Both the position numbers and the translations under genes were made by a program. Below, in pieces: positions 28,565-38,663 of a stretch of DNA of 64,000 nt. Source of the DNA: a virus. Position 1 is the stretch's first letter; the number at the start of each line of letters is the position of its first letter. The notes below the pieces were generated by a model. That model was not told the DNA's origin and searched no databases. It saw only the letters and a list, made by a program, of their open reading frames with translations. The stretch is from the IMG/VR virus record IMGVR_UViG_3300030333_002885, positions 11,598 through 75,597 of that record; one strand, given 5' to 3'.

Positions 28565-29880
28565 TGTCTGCCTCACCTTCACAAGGATCAGAATATAATC
28601 AGATTGTTATATACTCCTTTGATGGTAGTAAGAACGCTGATTTAAAATCTGGTGTCGTAGAGTTTCAGTATTTTGAAGATTTATATTCACCTACATTTAC
28701 TGCTACTCTTAGTGTAGTAAATACTGCTGCTAAAGGCGATGATAAGATCAAAGGTATATACCATGAGCTTCCTATTCAAGGAGGAGAAAAGGTTCATATT
28801 GATATAACAACTCCTATCGAAATGTCGAGAAAGGCTAAAGGAGAATTTGTAGTTGATATGTATGTTAATGGGATATCAAATTATGTGCAAGAAAAAAATA
28901 TGGAATCCTTTACATTGCATTTGGTATCAAAAGAATCTATTATAAATCAGAATACACGAATTATTGAAAAATTTGTTAGTAAAAAAATTAGTGAACTTAT
29001 AGAGGTATTTTTAAAAGCAGTTAAACTTAAGGAAGATCAATGGGATATTGAGGAGACAAGAGATAAGATTAATTTTATTGGGAACATGAGAAAACCTTAT
29101 ACTCTTGCTCCTATGCTTGCTAATAGAGCAAGACCAGTAGAAGGTGGTGCTGGAACGGCAGGATTTTTCTTCTGGCAGACCAGAACTAAGATGAATTTTA
29201 AATCTATAGAATCTTTAATTAAAGCGGAGACTAAAGCAGAGTATGAATTTGAGCGTATTGTTGATACACATGGAAATCCAGAGAAGAATTTTAAAAAGGT
29301 ATTGACATATGAACTTATTAAAAGTAGTGGTGTTATAGATTCTGCAAGAGCTGGTGAGTATTCTACTTATAGGATATATTTTAATCCTCATACATTTGGA
29401 TTTACCCAACATGATTCAGCAATGGCTGGTACATGGGATAAGATTGGTGGTGAGCATTTGGGTACAGAAGAAGGTAAACCAGCACCAGTTGTAGATCCTG
29501 ATCCTAAAGGTGACGGTGAGAATAAATTTACTAAACCATACATGGCACATAGAATTGTATCTGGTATCAATGCTACAGGATGTATGGAACCTAAGGTAGA
29601 TACCACTGTAGTTCAACCTCAGACACATGATGTTGCTCAATCTATATGGAGATATGGATCCTTATTTTCGCAAGTCATGACATTAACAGTCCCAGTTAAC
29701 ATAGGACTCTTCGCAGGTGATAAAATAGAGTGTCTGTTTCCTCAAGTCTCTGGTGAAGATGACATTGATAGTCACGGATCAGGTCTATATATTATTAAAG
29801 AAATTAGTCATTTCTTTGAGCCCAATAGATCATACACAGCCATGAAAGTCCTTAGGGATACTAGTGGTCAGAAAAAATAA
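28564..29880 (+). CDS. Baseplate hub protein (gp27-like)
   Basis: YFEDLYSP, LPIQGGE, FFFWQT...FKSI, AGD.I, SGLYII.EI.H; lies before gp5. Confidence 0.65.
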   Translation: MSASPSQGSEYNQIVIYSFDGSKNADLKSGVVEFQYFEDLYSPTFTATLSVVNTAAKGDDKIKGIYHELPIQGGEKVHIDITTPIEMSRKAKGEFVVDMYVNGISNYVQEKNMESFTLHLVSKESIINQNTRIIEKFVSKKISELIEVFLKAVKLKEDQWDIEETRDKINFIGNMRKPYTLAPMLANRARPVEGGAGTAGFFFWQTRTKMNFKSIESLIKAETKAEYEFERIVDTHGNPEKNFKKVLTYELIKSSGVIDSARAGEYSTYRIYFNPHTFGFTQHDSAMAGTWDKIGGEHLGTEEGKPAPVVDPDPKGDGENKFTKPYMAHRIVSGINATGCMEPKVDTTVVQPQTHDVAQSIWRYGSLFSQVMTLTVPVNIGLFAGDKIECLFPQVSGEDDIDSHGSGLYIIKEISHFFEPNRSYTAMKVLRDTSGQKK

Positions 29881-29888
29881 GAGGTTCT

Positions 29889-30140
29889 ATGAGCACTCAA
29901 CACCCACACGAATACATTGATCCTAAGGATCATAAAGAGCATGTCAATCATGGCATGTTAGAGTACACTGAAGAAGATCTAAAACTTCATAATGATGCAT
30001 TTCATGCACATGATGAAAATGAAGAAAATCTTGGTGGTGCAAAGATCAATGATTGGCACACACGCCATGAGGATCAGCACTTAGAAGTTTATTGTGATAA
30101 TCATCCAGATTCATTTGAATGTAGAGTATACGACGACTAA
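29889..30140 (+). CDS. cp12: CP12 Calvin-cycle inhibitor, His-rich variant
   Basis: C-terminal LEVYCDNHPDSFECRVYDD signature. Confidence 0.8.
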   Translation: MSTQHPHEYIDPKDHKEHVNHGMLEYTEEDLKLHNDAFHAHDENEENLGGAKINDWHTRHEDQHLEVYCDNHPDSFECRVYDD

Positions 30141-32482
30141 TGATAGAAGAAGCTCTATTAGGTAAAAGTCAATTCATGGGCAGAGACGGATTCCGTTGGT
30201 GGATCGGTCAGGTTGCCCCTAGGGAAGCTCAGTCTGATCAGATTAACGAGGGTGAAGGATGGGCTTACAGATACAAAGTTCGTATCATGGGGTATCATCC
30301 TTTCAGTGAGGATCCTGGTATCAAAAATGAAGACTTACCTTGGGCAATGTGTTTGTTACCAACTACCGCAGGTAGTGGTGGTGCAAACTATTCAACATCT
30401 ACAATGTTGCAGCAGGGTGACATTGTATTTGGATTCTTCTTAGACGGTGATGAAGCACAAATCCCTGCTATTTTAGGTCATTTTGGTAGAGCAGGTGGAG
30501 TTGAATTAAACAAAGGAGATCAAGAATTTTCTGGACCATTTGTTCCCTTTACAGGATTTACTGAAAAGTGGACTCCACAAAGATTAAAGGTTAAAACAGA
30601 GCAGAGTGGTGAACAGAACGCACAATCACAGATAACAAATACTAGTGCTAACGAAGGACAATATGTAGATCAAAATGGATCTGGTCGTAAAGAGATTACT
30701 CCAGATACATGTAGTACAACTTCTATTTCTAGAATGTCTACTGCTATAGAGAATATGGCAGAGAGAATAGAACAATTTAGTCTGACTGGAATGAAGTTAG
30801 AGGCCGAGATTGATGCAGTTGCTGATCTAATAGAAACTCAGGCAAATAGTTTTGTTGGTCGAATGATGGATGTGGCATATGATAACTTAGAACCTAAGTT
30901 ACAAGAAGGATTGGAGAAATTATATAATGATACTTTTGGTAAAGTATTTTCTCAAATGGGTAATACTCCACAATCATATGCAGTTGCTCATGCGTCTGGT
31001 AGAGCAGCACAGATTGGAGAGATTCCTAAGATTAAAAATGCAGAGAATGCTTTATCTTGTGTTGCTAATAAGGTAGTAGAAGGATTGAGAGATACTGTAT
31101 CAGATATGCTGAAGGATCTACTTGCTTCTGGTCTTGGTATAGCAGGTTGTGTTGCTACTAATTTTGCTGCTAATTTCTTAAATAAAATCACAAATGCGAT
31201 TGCAGATGGTTTAAAGAGTCCACTTGCTAATCTGAGTAATATATTAGCACCAGGTTTAGATATAGCAGATCTATTAAGAGGAACAGCAAGTGCTTTAGAT
31301 GACTTCTCTGGATTCTTAGATTGTGGACAGACTAATAAGGATAAGTGTCCACCTATCAGAAAGTATGAGGTATCTGGTGGACCTATGGAGAAGGGTGCTG
31401 ATCCATTTGCTTATGTCTCTTATGCTATGAATAAGCAGTCTACGGGAGGTGGCACTAAAGGTACTATTGGTAATATTACTGGTGCTATTGATGGTATTTC
31501 AGGTGCTATTGGTGGTATAACTGATACTGTACAAGGAATAACGGGTGCATTACAGAATCCTGGTGGTCTTGTTGGTGGTTTAGTTAAGAGTCAGTTTGGT
31601 AATTTGATACCATCTGGAGTTACTAACAGTCTTGGTGGTGCTGGTAGAATATCTGGATTGATTGAAGATCTTTCTGCTGGTGGATCATGTACAGGTGGTA
31701 AGCAAAATTGTGGTAATCCTACCATGCAAATTTTTGGTGGTGGTGGAATAGGTGCTCTAGGAAATGTTGTGTTAGGTAAGGTAATTGAGAACTCTGGTGC
31801 TATGGGATTAGCTGATTCTATTAGTAGGACTGCTAGTATTATTGGAGTTGATATAAAAGTTCCTGGTAGAAATTATAAATCACCACCTGCTATTAGTTTC
31901 ACAGATAAGTGTGGTAAGGGATATGGTGCTCATGGTGAAGCAATTATTAATGAGGATGGAGAGGTTATTGGTGCAATAATAACCAGTGTGGGTGAGGGAT
32001 ATCCTGTAGTGGATGATGGTAGTATAGACATTAATGTTGGTGTAACTACTGTATTTGTTGAGAATCCTGGTACTGGATATACACCAGGTGATAAGATTGA
32101 TGAAACTATATTTGTATATGATCCAGGAATAACAGATTTAGTGGATGATGATGTAACTACTCCAGAGGTACAGAGAGTTGATCCAACAACAGGTGAAGAT
32201 ATTCCATCAGATGTTGCTGATCCATATAAAGAACTTATTCCTACTGGTCAGAGAATAACAGCAGCAAATATCAAAGACAAGCCATCCTTTGAACTTGTTA
32301 TTGATCCTGTTACTGGTGGTATCGCTGCTGTTAAGGTTCTAAATACGCTTAGGTTCGAGACTCCACCTGTATTATCAATAGTTAGTTCTACTGGTCAAGG
32401 TGCTGTTATTAGACCAATATTTGGTCCTATACCAGAACCAGCACAACAAGGTGTACTTACCGTAATAGACTGTTCACGCTAA
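30140..32482 (+). CDS. gp5: Baseplate hub/needle protein gp5, N-terminal OB-fold part
   Basis: GRDGF.WWIGQV, RYKVRIMGYH, DLPWA, VFGFFLDG...Q.P.ILG. Confidence 0.88.
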   Translation: MIEEALLGKSQFMGRDGFRWWIGQVAPREAQSDQINEGEGWAYRYKVRIMGYHPFSEDPGIKNEDLPWAMCLLPTTAGSGGANYSTSTMLQQGDIVFGFFLDGDEAQIPAILGHFGRAGGVELNKGDQEFSGPFVPFTGFTEKWTPQRLKVKTEQSGEQNAQSQITNTSANEGQYVDQNGSGRKEITPDTCSTTSISRMSTAIENMAERIEQFSLTGMKLEAEIDAVADLIETQANSFVGRMMDVAYDNLEPKLQEGLEKLYNDTFGKVFSQMGNTPQSYAVAHASGRAAQIGEIPKIKNAENALSCVANKVVEGLRDTVSDMLKDLLASGLGIAGCVATNFAANFLNKITNAIADGLKSPLANLSNILAPGLDIADLLRGTASALDDFSGFLDCGQTNKDKCPPIRKYEVSGGPMEKGADPFAYVSYAMNKQSTGGGTKGTIGNITGAIDGISGAIGGITDTVQGITGALQNPGGLVGGLVKSQFGNLIPSGVTNSLGGAGRISGLIEDLSAGGSCTGGKQNCGNPTMQIFGGGGIGALGNVVLGKVIENSGAMGLADSISRTASIIGVDIKVPGRNYKSPPAISFTDKCGKGYGAHGEAIINEDGEVIGAIITSVGEGYPVVDDGSIDINVGVTTVFVENPGTGYTPGDKIDETIFVYDPGITDLVDDDVTTPEVQRVDPTTGEDIPSDVADPYKELIPTGQRITAANIKDKPSFELVIDPVTGGIAAVKVLNTLRFETPPVLSIVSSTGQGAVIRPIFGPIPEPAQQGVLTVIDCSR

Positions 32483-33969
32483 TGGCAACAGAAGATACTA
32501 ATAAACCAAATTGGGGTAGGAGGATTATTGATTCAAGGGGATCTCATTTCCGTATAGAATCTGGTAGTCCTTTAATTGGTAGAGATGGTGCAGAAACCTT
32601 TAAGATATATGCTGTCAATGATAATGAGGAAGTATTCTTAATTACTCATGGTCATGGATCTGGATTGGGTCGTATGGCATGTGACAAGTCTATTGAAATT
32701 AGAGCTGGAGATAAGAATAATCCTAATAGTGTTGACATTAGAGTAAGTGCTGCTACAGGAGATATCACTATCAATGCTGATAGAGGTAGAGTTCGTGTTA
32801 ATGCCAAGGATATTGGTGTTCATGCTGAAAGAGATATTGATTTAAATGCTGGTAGGAATGTCAACATTAAAGCAGGTACAGGTCGTATATTACTTAAAGC
32901 TAATACTGTATCCTCACATGGTAAGAAGGGTAACTTAATACCTAAAACATGGGGTGCTAAAGTTCTTGCTAACAGTTATGTTCCTGATGATAGTATTGCT
33001 AAGTTCTTTGATCCTAAATCTCAATCAACTTCATTAGGTGCTGGACCTTTCTCTGATAATGGTGTTGCTGGTGCAGCAGCAGATGGATTGGGATTTAGTC
33101 TTCAGGATCTTGGTATTACTAACCCTGAGATTGGTGGTATTGAACCTATAGAGGTTGCACTAGAAAAAGCTGTATTAGGAGAAAAAAGTCCTTTAGCAGA
33201 TCTTACAAACTTCATAGAAGGAGAAGGTGCTAATAAATTAACAACGGCATTAGGAGGTTTAGAAGATAAACTTGGTGATAAGTTTAAAGGATTGTCAGGT
33301 AAATTGGGTGGTAGTTCAGGATTTGGTGGATTTAGTAGTTTAGTAGATAAAGCTAGTGGTGTTATTAGTGATGGACCTTCATCATTAGTTGGTGGTGCTT
33401 TGGTAGATAAGTTCAAAGGTGCGACTGATCTTGCTTCAGGAGGTGGTTTGATAAATTCTGCTAGTGGTCTTATTTTAGATGGAACAGAGACTGATTCTGG
33501 GGTGATGAGAAAGGTGCTTAAAGATTCTGCTATAGGTAAGGTATCAGGCATTGGTAAGAACTTGGCAGCAGGTGAGATAGGATCATTAACTGCCTCTGCT
33601 AAATCTCTTCTTGGTGTTACTCAGGGTGGTCATTCTCTCACTGGAGTTGTGGATCAAATTGCATCTGGAACTGTTGGTAAGGGTGCTGCTGCTACTGTTG
33701 GTAATAAGTCTGGTGATCCATTAGCAGTAATGGATTCTATTGTTCCTAGTGGATTCAATTTGGCACAGGTTAAATCACTTAAGAAGACAGTGAGTGAAAG
33801 GTTAAATATAGCAGATGCTGCTACTCTCGCATCAGAGGAAGCACAGAAGGACATTACTAGAGCTCTTAAAGACGCTCAAGGTGGCATTGATATCGCTAGT
33901 GATGAAATTAAGGTACTACTTGAAGGTGGTAGCACAACTGGTAAAGAAAACAAAACATTTAATGTATAA
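32482..33969 (+). CDS. gp5 C-terminal-like beta-helix protein with a long Gly/Ser/Ala/Leu tail
   Basis: ~8-residue repeats GDITINA.RGRVRVNAKDI...DIDLNAGRNVNIKAG. Confidence 0.55.
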   Translation: MATEDTNKPNWGRRIIDSRGSHFRIESGSPLIGRDGAETFKIYAVNDNEEVFLITHGHGSGLGRMACDKSIEIRAGDKNNPNSVDIRVSAATGDITINADRGRVRVNAKDIGVHAERDIDLNAGRNVNIKAGTGRILLKANTVSSHGKKGNLIPKTWGAKVLANSYVPDDSIAKFFDPKSQSTSLGAGPFSDNGVAGAAADGLGFSLQDLGITNPEIGGIEPIEVALEKAVLGEKSPLADLTNFIEGEGANKLTTALGGLEDKLGDKFKGLSGKLGGSSGFGGFSSLVDKASGVISDGPSSLVGGALVDKFKGATDLASGGGLINSASGLILDGTETDSGVMRKVLKDSAIGKVSGIGKNLAAGEIGSLTASAKSLLGVTQGGHSLTGVVDQIASGTVGKGAAATVGNKSGDPLAVMDSIVPSGFNLAQVKSLKKTVSERLNIADAATLASEEAQKDITRALKDAQGGIDIASDEIKVLLEGGSTTGKENKTFNV

Positions 33970-33971
33970 CT

Positions 33972-34820
33972 ATGTCAGCATCTGAATCAAACCCAACAAA
34001 TTTTAATTGTGATACTAAAGTTGATGTCGCTAATAAGCCATATGCTTATAAGGATCATATCAATTACAGTGAAGATCCCACTCTAATTGGTAGTTTCGTT
34101 GACATTCTTGGTACACCAGATAGAAATACTGATGTTGAGATAACACATGGTAGTATTAGAGTCTTTACTGGTAATGTATTAGTCAGACCTGGTATTACTA
34201 CAGTACAGCAACTACAGGTTGAAAGAGAAATATATGTTTGTGAGAGTGCAGATATAATGGGAGATACCTTTATTAAAGGTACTAGTTCATATCCTTTACA
34301 GGTAGGTGGTAACGCATTCTTTGATCATGGTAACATAGGTGATCTATCATCTAGATTTAATGCAGCAGATGCTTCACCAAAACCATTTGATTTGGTACAT
34401 CCTACTAAAGGTAAAGGTCACAGACTTAGACATGCTTGTATTGAGGGACCAGAGGTAGCAGTATATTATAGAGGAAGATTAAAGGGTTCTAATACAATTG
34501 AATTGCCATATTATTGGAAAGATTTAGTACATGAGGATAGTATTACAGTACAGTTACAACCTATTGGTATGAGACATTTTCATCTCAATGTAGTTCAATT
34601 TGATAATGAAAAAATTATTGTAGCAGATCCAGATGATAAACCAATTGATTGTTTCTACCATGTATATGGAGAGAGAAAGGATGTTAACCCACTAATCACT
34701 GAGTATGAGGGTGATAGTTGGAAAGATTATCCTGACCCTCATCATTATAGTGATGATTTTGTGAATCGTAGATACGATCATCCAGACTTTGCTGGTCCTC
34801 CTAATACTAATACAAGATGA
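33972..34820 (+). CDS. Virion spike/fibre protein with a C-terminal chaperone-like domain
   Basis: KPFDLVHPTK...RLRHACIEGPE.AVYYRG...IELP.YW..LV. Confidence 0.6.
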   Translation: MSASESNPTNFNCDTKVDVANKPYAYKDHINYSEDPTLIGSFVDILGTPDRNTDVEITHGSIRVFTGNVLVRPGITTVQQLQVEREIYVCESADIMGDTFIKGTSSYPLQVGGNAFFDHGNIGDLSSRFNAADASPKPFDLVHPTKGKGHRLRHACIEGPEVAVYYRGRLKGSNTIELPYYWKDLVHEDSITVQLQPIGMRHFHLNVVQFDNEKIIVADPDDKPIDCFYHVYGERKDVNPLITEYEGDSWKDYPDPHHYSDDFVNRRYDHPDFAGPPNTNTR

Positions 34821-35326
34821 GTCTACCATACACTGAAGAGGACTTTATCTCTGCTAGTGAATGTCAGAGATTGATAGACTATGCTATTGCAAATAAGAAG
34901 GCAGATGTCAGTAGTGATGATGAGTATTCTACTGAGGTAGAATGGAAGGATCATGGTGCAAAGTATTATGGAAATAATGTAGATCCAGTAACACCTACAT
35001 CTGATGATCCAGTAGTAACAGCAGTTAATAATAAATGTAAGACCTTTGTTGATTGTGAATTAGACTATGTTGGTATAGTAAGATGGCCAGTTGGTACATT
35101 TATGAAACCACATGTCGATAGTAATACAGGACATAAACAAAATATTATAGCAGCTATGCTATACTTGAATGATAATTTCACTGGTGGTGATTTAATTTTT
35201 CAGGATAGAGTGGTAGAACCAAAGCCAGGAAAATTATTCATATTCAAAAATGCAGAGAATTTGCACTATGTTAATAAGGTAGAGGGTTCTGAAAGGTTTG
35301 CTTTGTCGTTCTGGTATCATATATAA
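34817..35326 (+). CDS. 2OG-Fe(II) oxygenase (prolyl hydroxylase-like)
   Basis: PHVD, LYLNDNFTGG, H.V..V.G..R. Confidence 0.88.
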   Translation: MSLPYTEEDFISASECQRLIDYAIANKKADVSSDDEYSTEVEWKDHGAKYYGNNVDPVTPTSDDPVVTAVNNKCKTFVDCELDYVGIVRWPVGTFMKPHVDSNTGHKQNIIAAMLYLNDNFTGGDLIFQDRVVEPKPGKLFIFKNAENLHYVNKVEGSERFALSFWYHI

Positions 35327-35340
35327 TTGTAGTGTTAGGG

Positions 35341-35369
35341 TTGACCCCATGATCCTATCGTGCTACAAT
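35341..35369 (+). promoter_or_regulatory. Sigma70-type promoter
   Basis: TTGACC-17 nt-TACAAT. Confidence 0.65.
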
Positions 35370-35393
35370 AACCATATCTGGTTGCATCATTCT

Positions 35394-35594
35394 ATGGGTA
35401 AAGAAGACGAATGGATTATGAGGGTTGTCATCAACATGGGCAGGAGGACATGCCTCTGTGTCTCATCTGATGGTGACGAGAAACTAGTGGAGTGTGATAC
35501 CCCACAAGAGTTTATAAATGTTGTTGAGTTCTGCAAAACTGTATTAGATCCTGAGGACATTTTCTATGAAGAAATCAAAGTCGCAAGAGTCTGA
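35394..35594 (+). CDS. Cyanophage hypothetical protein
   Basis: ATG after the promoter; SSDGD...VEC.TP.EF.NV. Confidence 0.7.
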   Translation: MGKEDEWIMRVVINMGRRTCLCVSSDGDEKLVECDTPQEFINVVEFCKTVLDPEDIFYEEIKVARV

Positions 35595-35922
35595 GGTCAC
35601 ATGTTGGATTGATGAGGAGCAGGTAGACTGTTCTACCTGGGATCCAATAGAGAGTGATGTTACAGTTGAAGTAACCGATGATGAATTTGTCAGGTTACAT
35701 AAGGAGTTTGATTTATGAATGATACTACAAAAGAAAGAATAGAGATGGCAAGAAAGAGGATAGATGAACTTATACTACTAATCGACACATGGAAAAACAA
35801 TGACAAAAAAGACATTCACACAAGAAAAGAAGAATCCTAAGCACACTAATGTGTGGGAATGGGAGGAGACTCCTGAGGTCAGGGCAGCATTAGACAAACT
35901 ACACAAAAGAGTAACTCTATAA
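35566..35922 (+). CDS. Three overlapping small ORFs (~50, 41 and 40 aa)
   Basis: Hand-translated MKKSKSQES..., MNDTTKERIE..., MTKKTFTQE...; overlap-coupled. Confidence 0.5.
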
Positions 35923-36227
35923 TGCATCCTAACGGATACACAAAGGAGATGGTCAAGGAGCTTCTAGGATCTTCTTGGCCTACTATTGATCCAAACCATG
36001 AGACTGGTAATCAGTTAAGAAAAAGAATAGGTAGAGAGATAAGGGAAGGTAAGAGACCTAAACCCACATACCCATCAAAGGAGTCAAGGATTGCAGATAC
36101 TTCAGGCAACTTTGACGAGAATGGACAATACATATATCCAGAGAACTCTGGATTCAGTTATGTTCAATGGATTAAAGACCATCCTGACTCAACAGAAGCA
36201 GGAACTTACGGATCAAAAGTCTCCTGA
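35922..36227 (+). CDS. Hypothetical protein
   Basis: ORF track; TAATG coupling. Confidence 0.65.
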   Translation: MHPNGYTKEMVKELLGSSWPTIDPNHETGNQLRKRIGREIREGKRPKPTYPSKESRIADTSGNFDENGQYIYPENSGFSYVQWIKDHPDSTEAGTYGSKVS

Positions 36228-36280
36228 TACATACTATGAATATCTTAAAAGACAGCATTACTTAGCATGTCACATGGAGG

Positions 36281-36622
36281 ATGATTATGACGAATGTAGG
36301 GAAGATTCCTGATCACATGTATCCATTCTATAGGGTATATGATGAGAAAGGAGAACAGTATTGTGATTGTGGATGGGAGAAACATGCACAAGAACTTATT
36401 GAATTGAATAGAACTTGTTCTATCATAGCAGATAGGAAGGAGTTGACCTATAAAAGAATAGATGCACCTAAACCGATTGATCCAGAAACAGTAGATGTTG
36501 ATGCAGTAGTAGATAAACAATTACCAGGTCAGCAAGGATTACCTGCTGCTACCGAAAGATTACATGCAGATATTAAGAAAAAATTATTAGAACACAGTGA
36601 GGCACAGGCTTTAGAATTTTAA
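36281..36622 (+). CDS. Hypothetical protein
   Basis: GGAGG RBS; YRVYD..G..YCDCG.E..A. Confidence 0.7.
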   Translation: MIMTNVGKIPDHMYPFYRVYDEKGEQYCDCGWEKHAQELIELNRTCSIIADRKELTYKRIDAPKPIDPETVDVDAVVDKQLPGQQGLPAATERLHADIKKKLLEHSEAQALEF

Positions 36623-36679
36623 TATTGATTTTACATTCCGTAACGCATATATAATATACAAAGAGTAGGTATTTATTTT

Positions 36680-37171
36680 ATGAAAAGGATACTTCCTTTC
36701 ATAATGATTATGATGAGTGCTCCGCTTGCAGCGAGAGCAGATTTAACATCAAGATTTACATCCAGTGTTCAACTACAGGTTAATGCTGCTGCAACACAGA
36801 TGCAGAGAGTAGGTAACTCGTATAGTATCTCTGGTACTAATGTAGATACAACCGATGGAACCACTGCTAACACAGTTAGTGCTGGTACTATAGCATCAGG
36901 TATCTATGGACCAGGAACTATTAGTGTAACACAAGACGATCCAGGTGAGGCGTTCAGCTTCTCAACTGCGTTCACTCAAGGTGATGCTCTGGTAACATCT
37001 GCACCTTCAGTTGGTTCTGTTAGTGCATTAAGTAACCAATTGTCTACCGCAGCAGGATCCGCAGGTGATTTGGCTGGAACTGTGAATTCGCAGGGTGCTC
37101 TGACCGTAACAGCTGGTGGGGCTGGCACTGTGGCAACGGGACAGTTCGTATCTGAGCTTCAAATCGACTAG
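36680..37171 (+). CDS. Secreted S/T/G-rich protein
   Basis: Signal peptide MKRILPF...AARA; beta-strand-like repeats. Confidence 0.8.
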   Translation: MKRILPFIMIMMSAPLAARADLTSRFTSSVQLQVNAAATQMQRVGNSYSISGTNVDTTDGTTANTVSAGTIASGIYGPGTISVTQDDPGEAFSFSTAFTQGDALVTSAPSVGSVSALSNQLSTAAGSAGDLAGTVNSQGALTVTAGGAGTVATGQFVSELQID

Positions 37172-37176
37172 GAGCC

Positions 37177-37644
37177 ATGAAAAGGCTTATAACTATTATA
37201 TTGCTATTAGGTAGTGCTGGTGCTGCAAGAGCAGTGCCAGTGGTCCCAAACTTTCAGCAGGGCTCTATGACGAGCCATACCGAAACTGAATCTACAGTAA
37301 CGGAAACAATTAATTCCATTGATTATAGGACAGGATGGGAATACTCAGTGACTGGGGTAGGCATCGACAACAACGGAGAGGCTTTGAATCCCCCAACATC
37401 AACATCGACAGTAACAATCAGCCCAACAGTAGGGTCAGGAGACGGAGCCCTAACAGGGTCAGTAACTTCTTCGTTCGATGCTTTAGACATGTCAGCAACA
37501 AACAATTTCACAATACACGAACCTGGTGGAGCCTTCCAATTCAGTCAAAGCTATCAAGGACCAGGTATGACCAACCAGACTCTCATACAGAGGGTAACCA
37601 CTATAAAAAGCGTCACAGATACAACAAGCACATTTACGCAATAG
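37177..37644 (+). CDS. Secreted T/S-rich protein
   Basis: Signal peptide MKRLITIILLL...ARA then VPVVPNF; AGGAG RBS. Confidence 0.8.
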   Translation: MKRLITIILLLGSAGAARAVPVVPNFQQGSMTSHTETESTVTETINSIDYRTGWEYSVTGVGIDNNGEALNPPTSTSTVTISPTVGSGDGALTGSVTSSFDALDMSATNNFTIHEPGGAFQFSQSYQGPGMTNQTLIQRVTTIKSVTDTTSTFTQ

Positions 37645-38663
37645 CTACTATAGGTAGTCTTATATCACCTAATGTAGCATTAGCAGAAGGAGTAGGTGGA
37701 GTTAGTGCTACTGCCAATCCCATAGCCAATAGTTCGGGCTCGGTCACGAACCAGGCAATCCAGGTTTTACAAGGTCCATATGTAACTAATACCTACGGTG
37801 GTGGGGTGTCATGTCAGGGTACGACTCTCAATATGACACCGTATGTTCAGTTTGCCGACTCTAGGAAGTGGCCATGGGAAGATTATTATAACGAACCACA
37901 ATATAACCTAACAGATGTAGAAGGAAGGACAGTTAAACAGACAGTAACAGTAAAGAATTATCCTTGGGAAGAATGGTATGATGATCGTACTAAGGATGAT
38001 GGTACTAGATGGTTTGAAGATGGAGACGATATACAAATAGAAATAGATGTTCCTGCTGCTGATGGTGTACCTGACATTGTAGGTAGTGGAGGGGAAATGA
38101 CCCCGACATGGTATAAACCAATTAGAACAGATATGAGAGCGAACCAGAGTTTCAACTTAGGTATCTCTGCTACGCTTTCAATACCATTGAACAGAGGTAT
38201 GCAAAGAAGATGTAAGGAGGCAGCACAGGCACAGATTAATCATCAAGTACAGTTGACATCTAACAAAAGATTGGATTTTGAAATCGCAAGATTGAAAAAT
38301 TGTGGTGAGCTAAAAAAAGCTGGAATATTTTTCCACCCTGCATCGCCGTATCATAGTATATGTGCTGATGTTGTAGTAACATCTCCTGGTGGTCAGATAT
38401 TACCTCACGAACATCAGATACCACAACCTACTTGGACGCAACCTTCTTCTTCCCAAACTTCAACGGAAGTAGACCCTTCTTCTCTCGATACTGATTCGTC
38501 TGGATCTCAGATAAAGTTGGACGGTACGGAGTCTTCCCAAGAATCTTCTGACCTTTCGCAATCACTTTCTTCACAATCGGCTTCACAACTTTCAGAAGAA
38601 GATCAGCGAGGGGTTTTGCAAGTAGGGCAGATGTCGTTGCCACAGCAGCAATCGTTGCCGTAG
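37600..38663 (+). CDS. Secreted protein (true start unresolved; start coordinate approximate)
   Basis: Signal-like KKRHRYNKHIYAIA...VALA, then SATANP.ANSSGSVTNQA, G.SATLSIPL and RLKNCG. Confidence 0.7.

Noticed and set aside
33102-33854. Antisense ORFs of 149 and 66 aa (and similar ones within fibre genes)
   Set aside because: Expected shadows of Gly/Ala/Thr-rich sense coding
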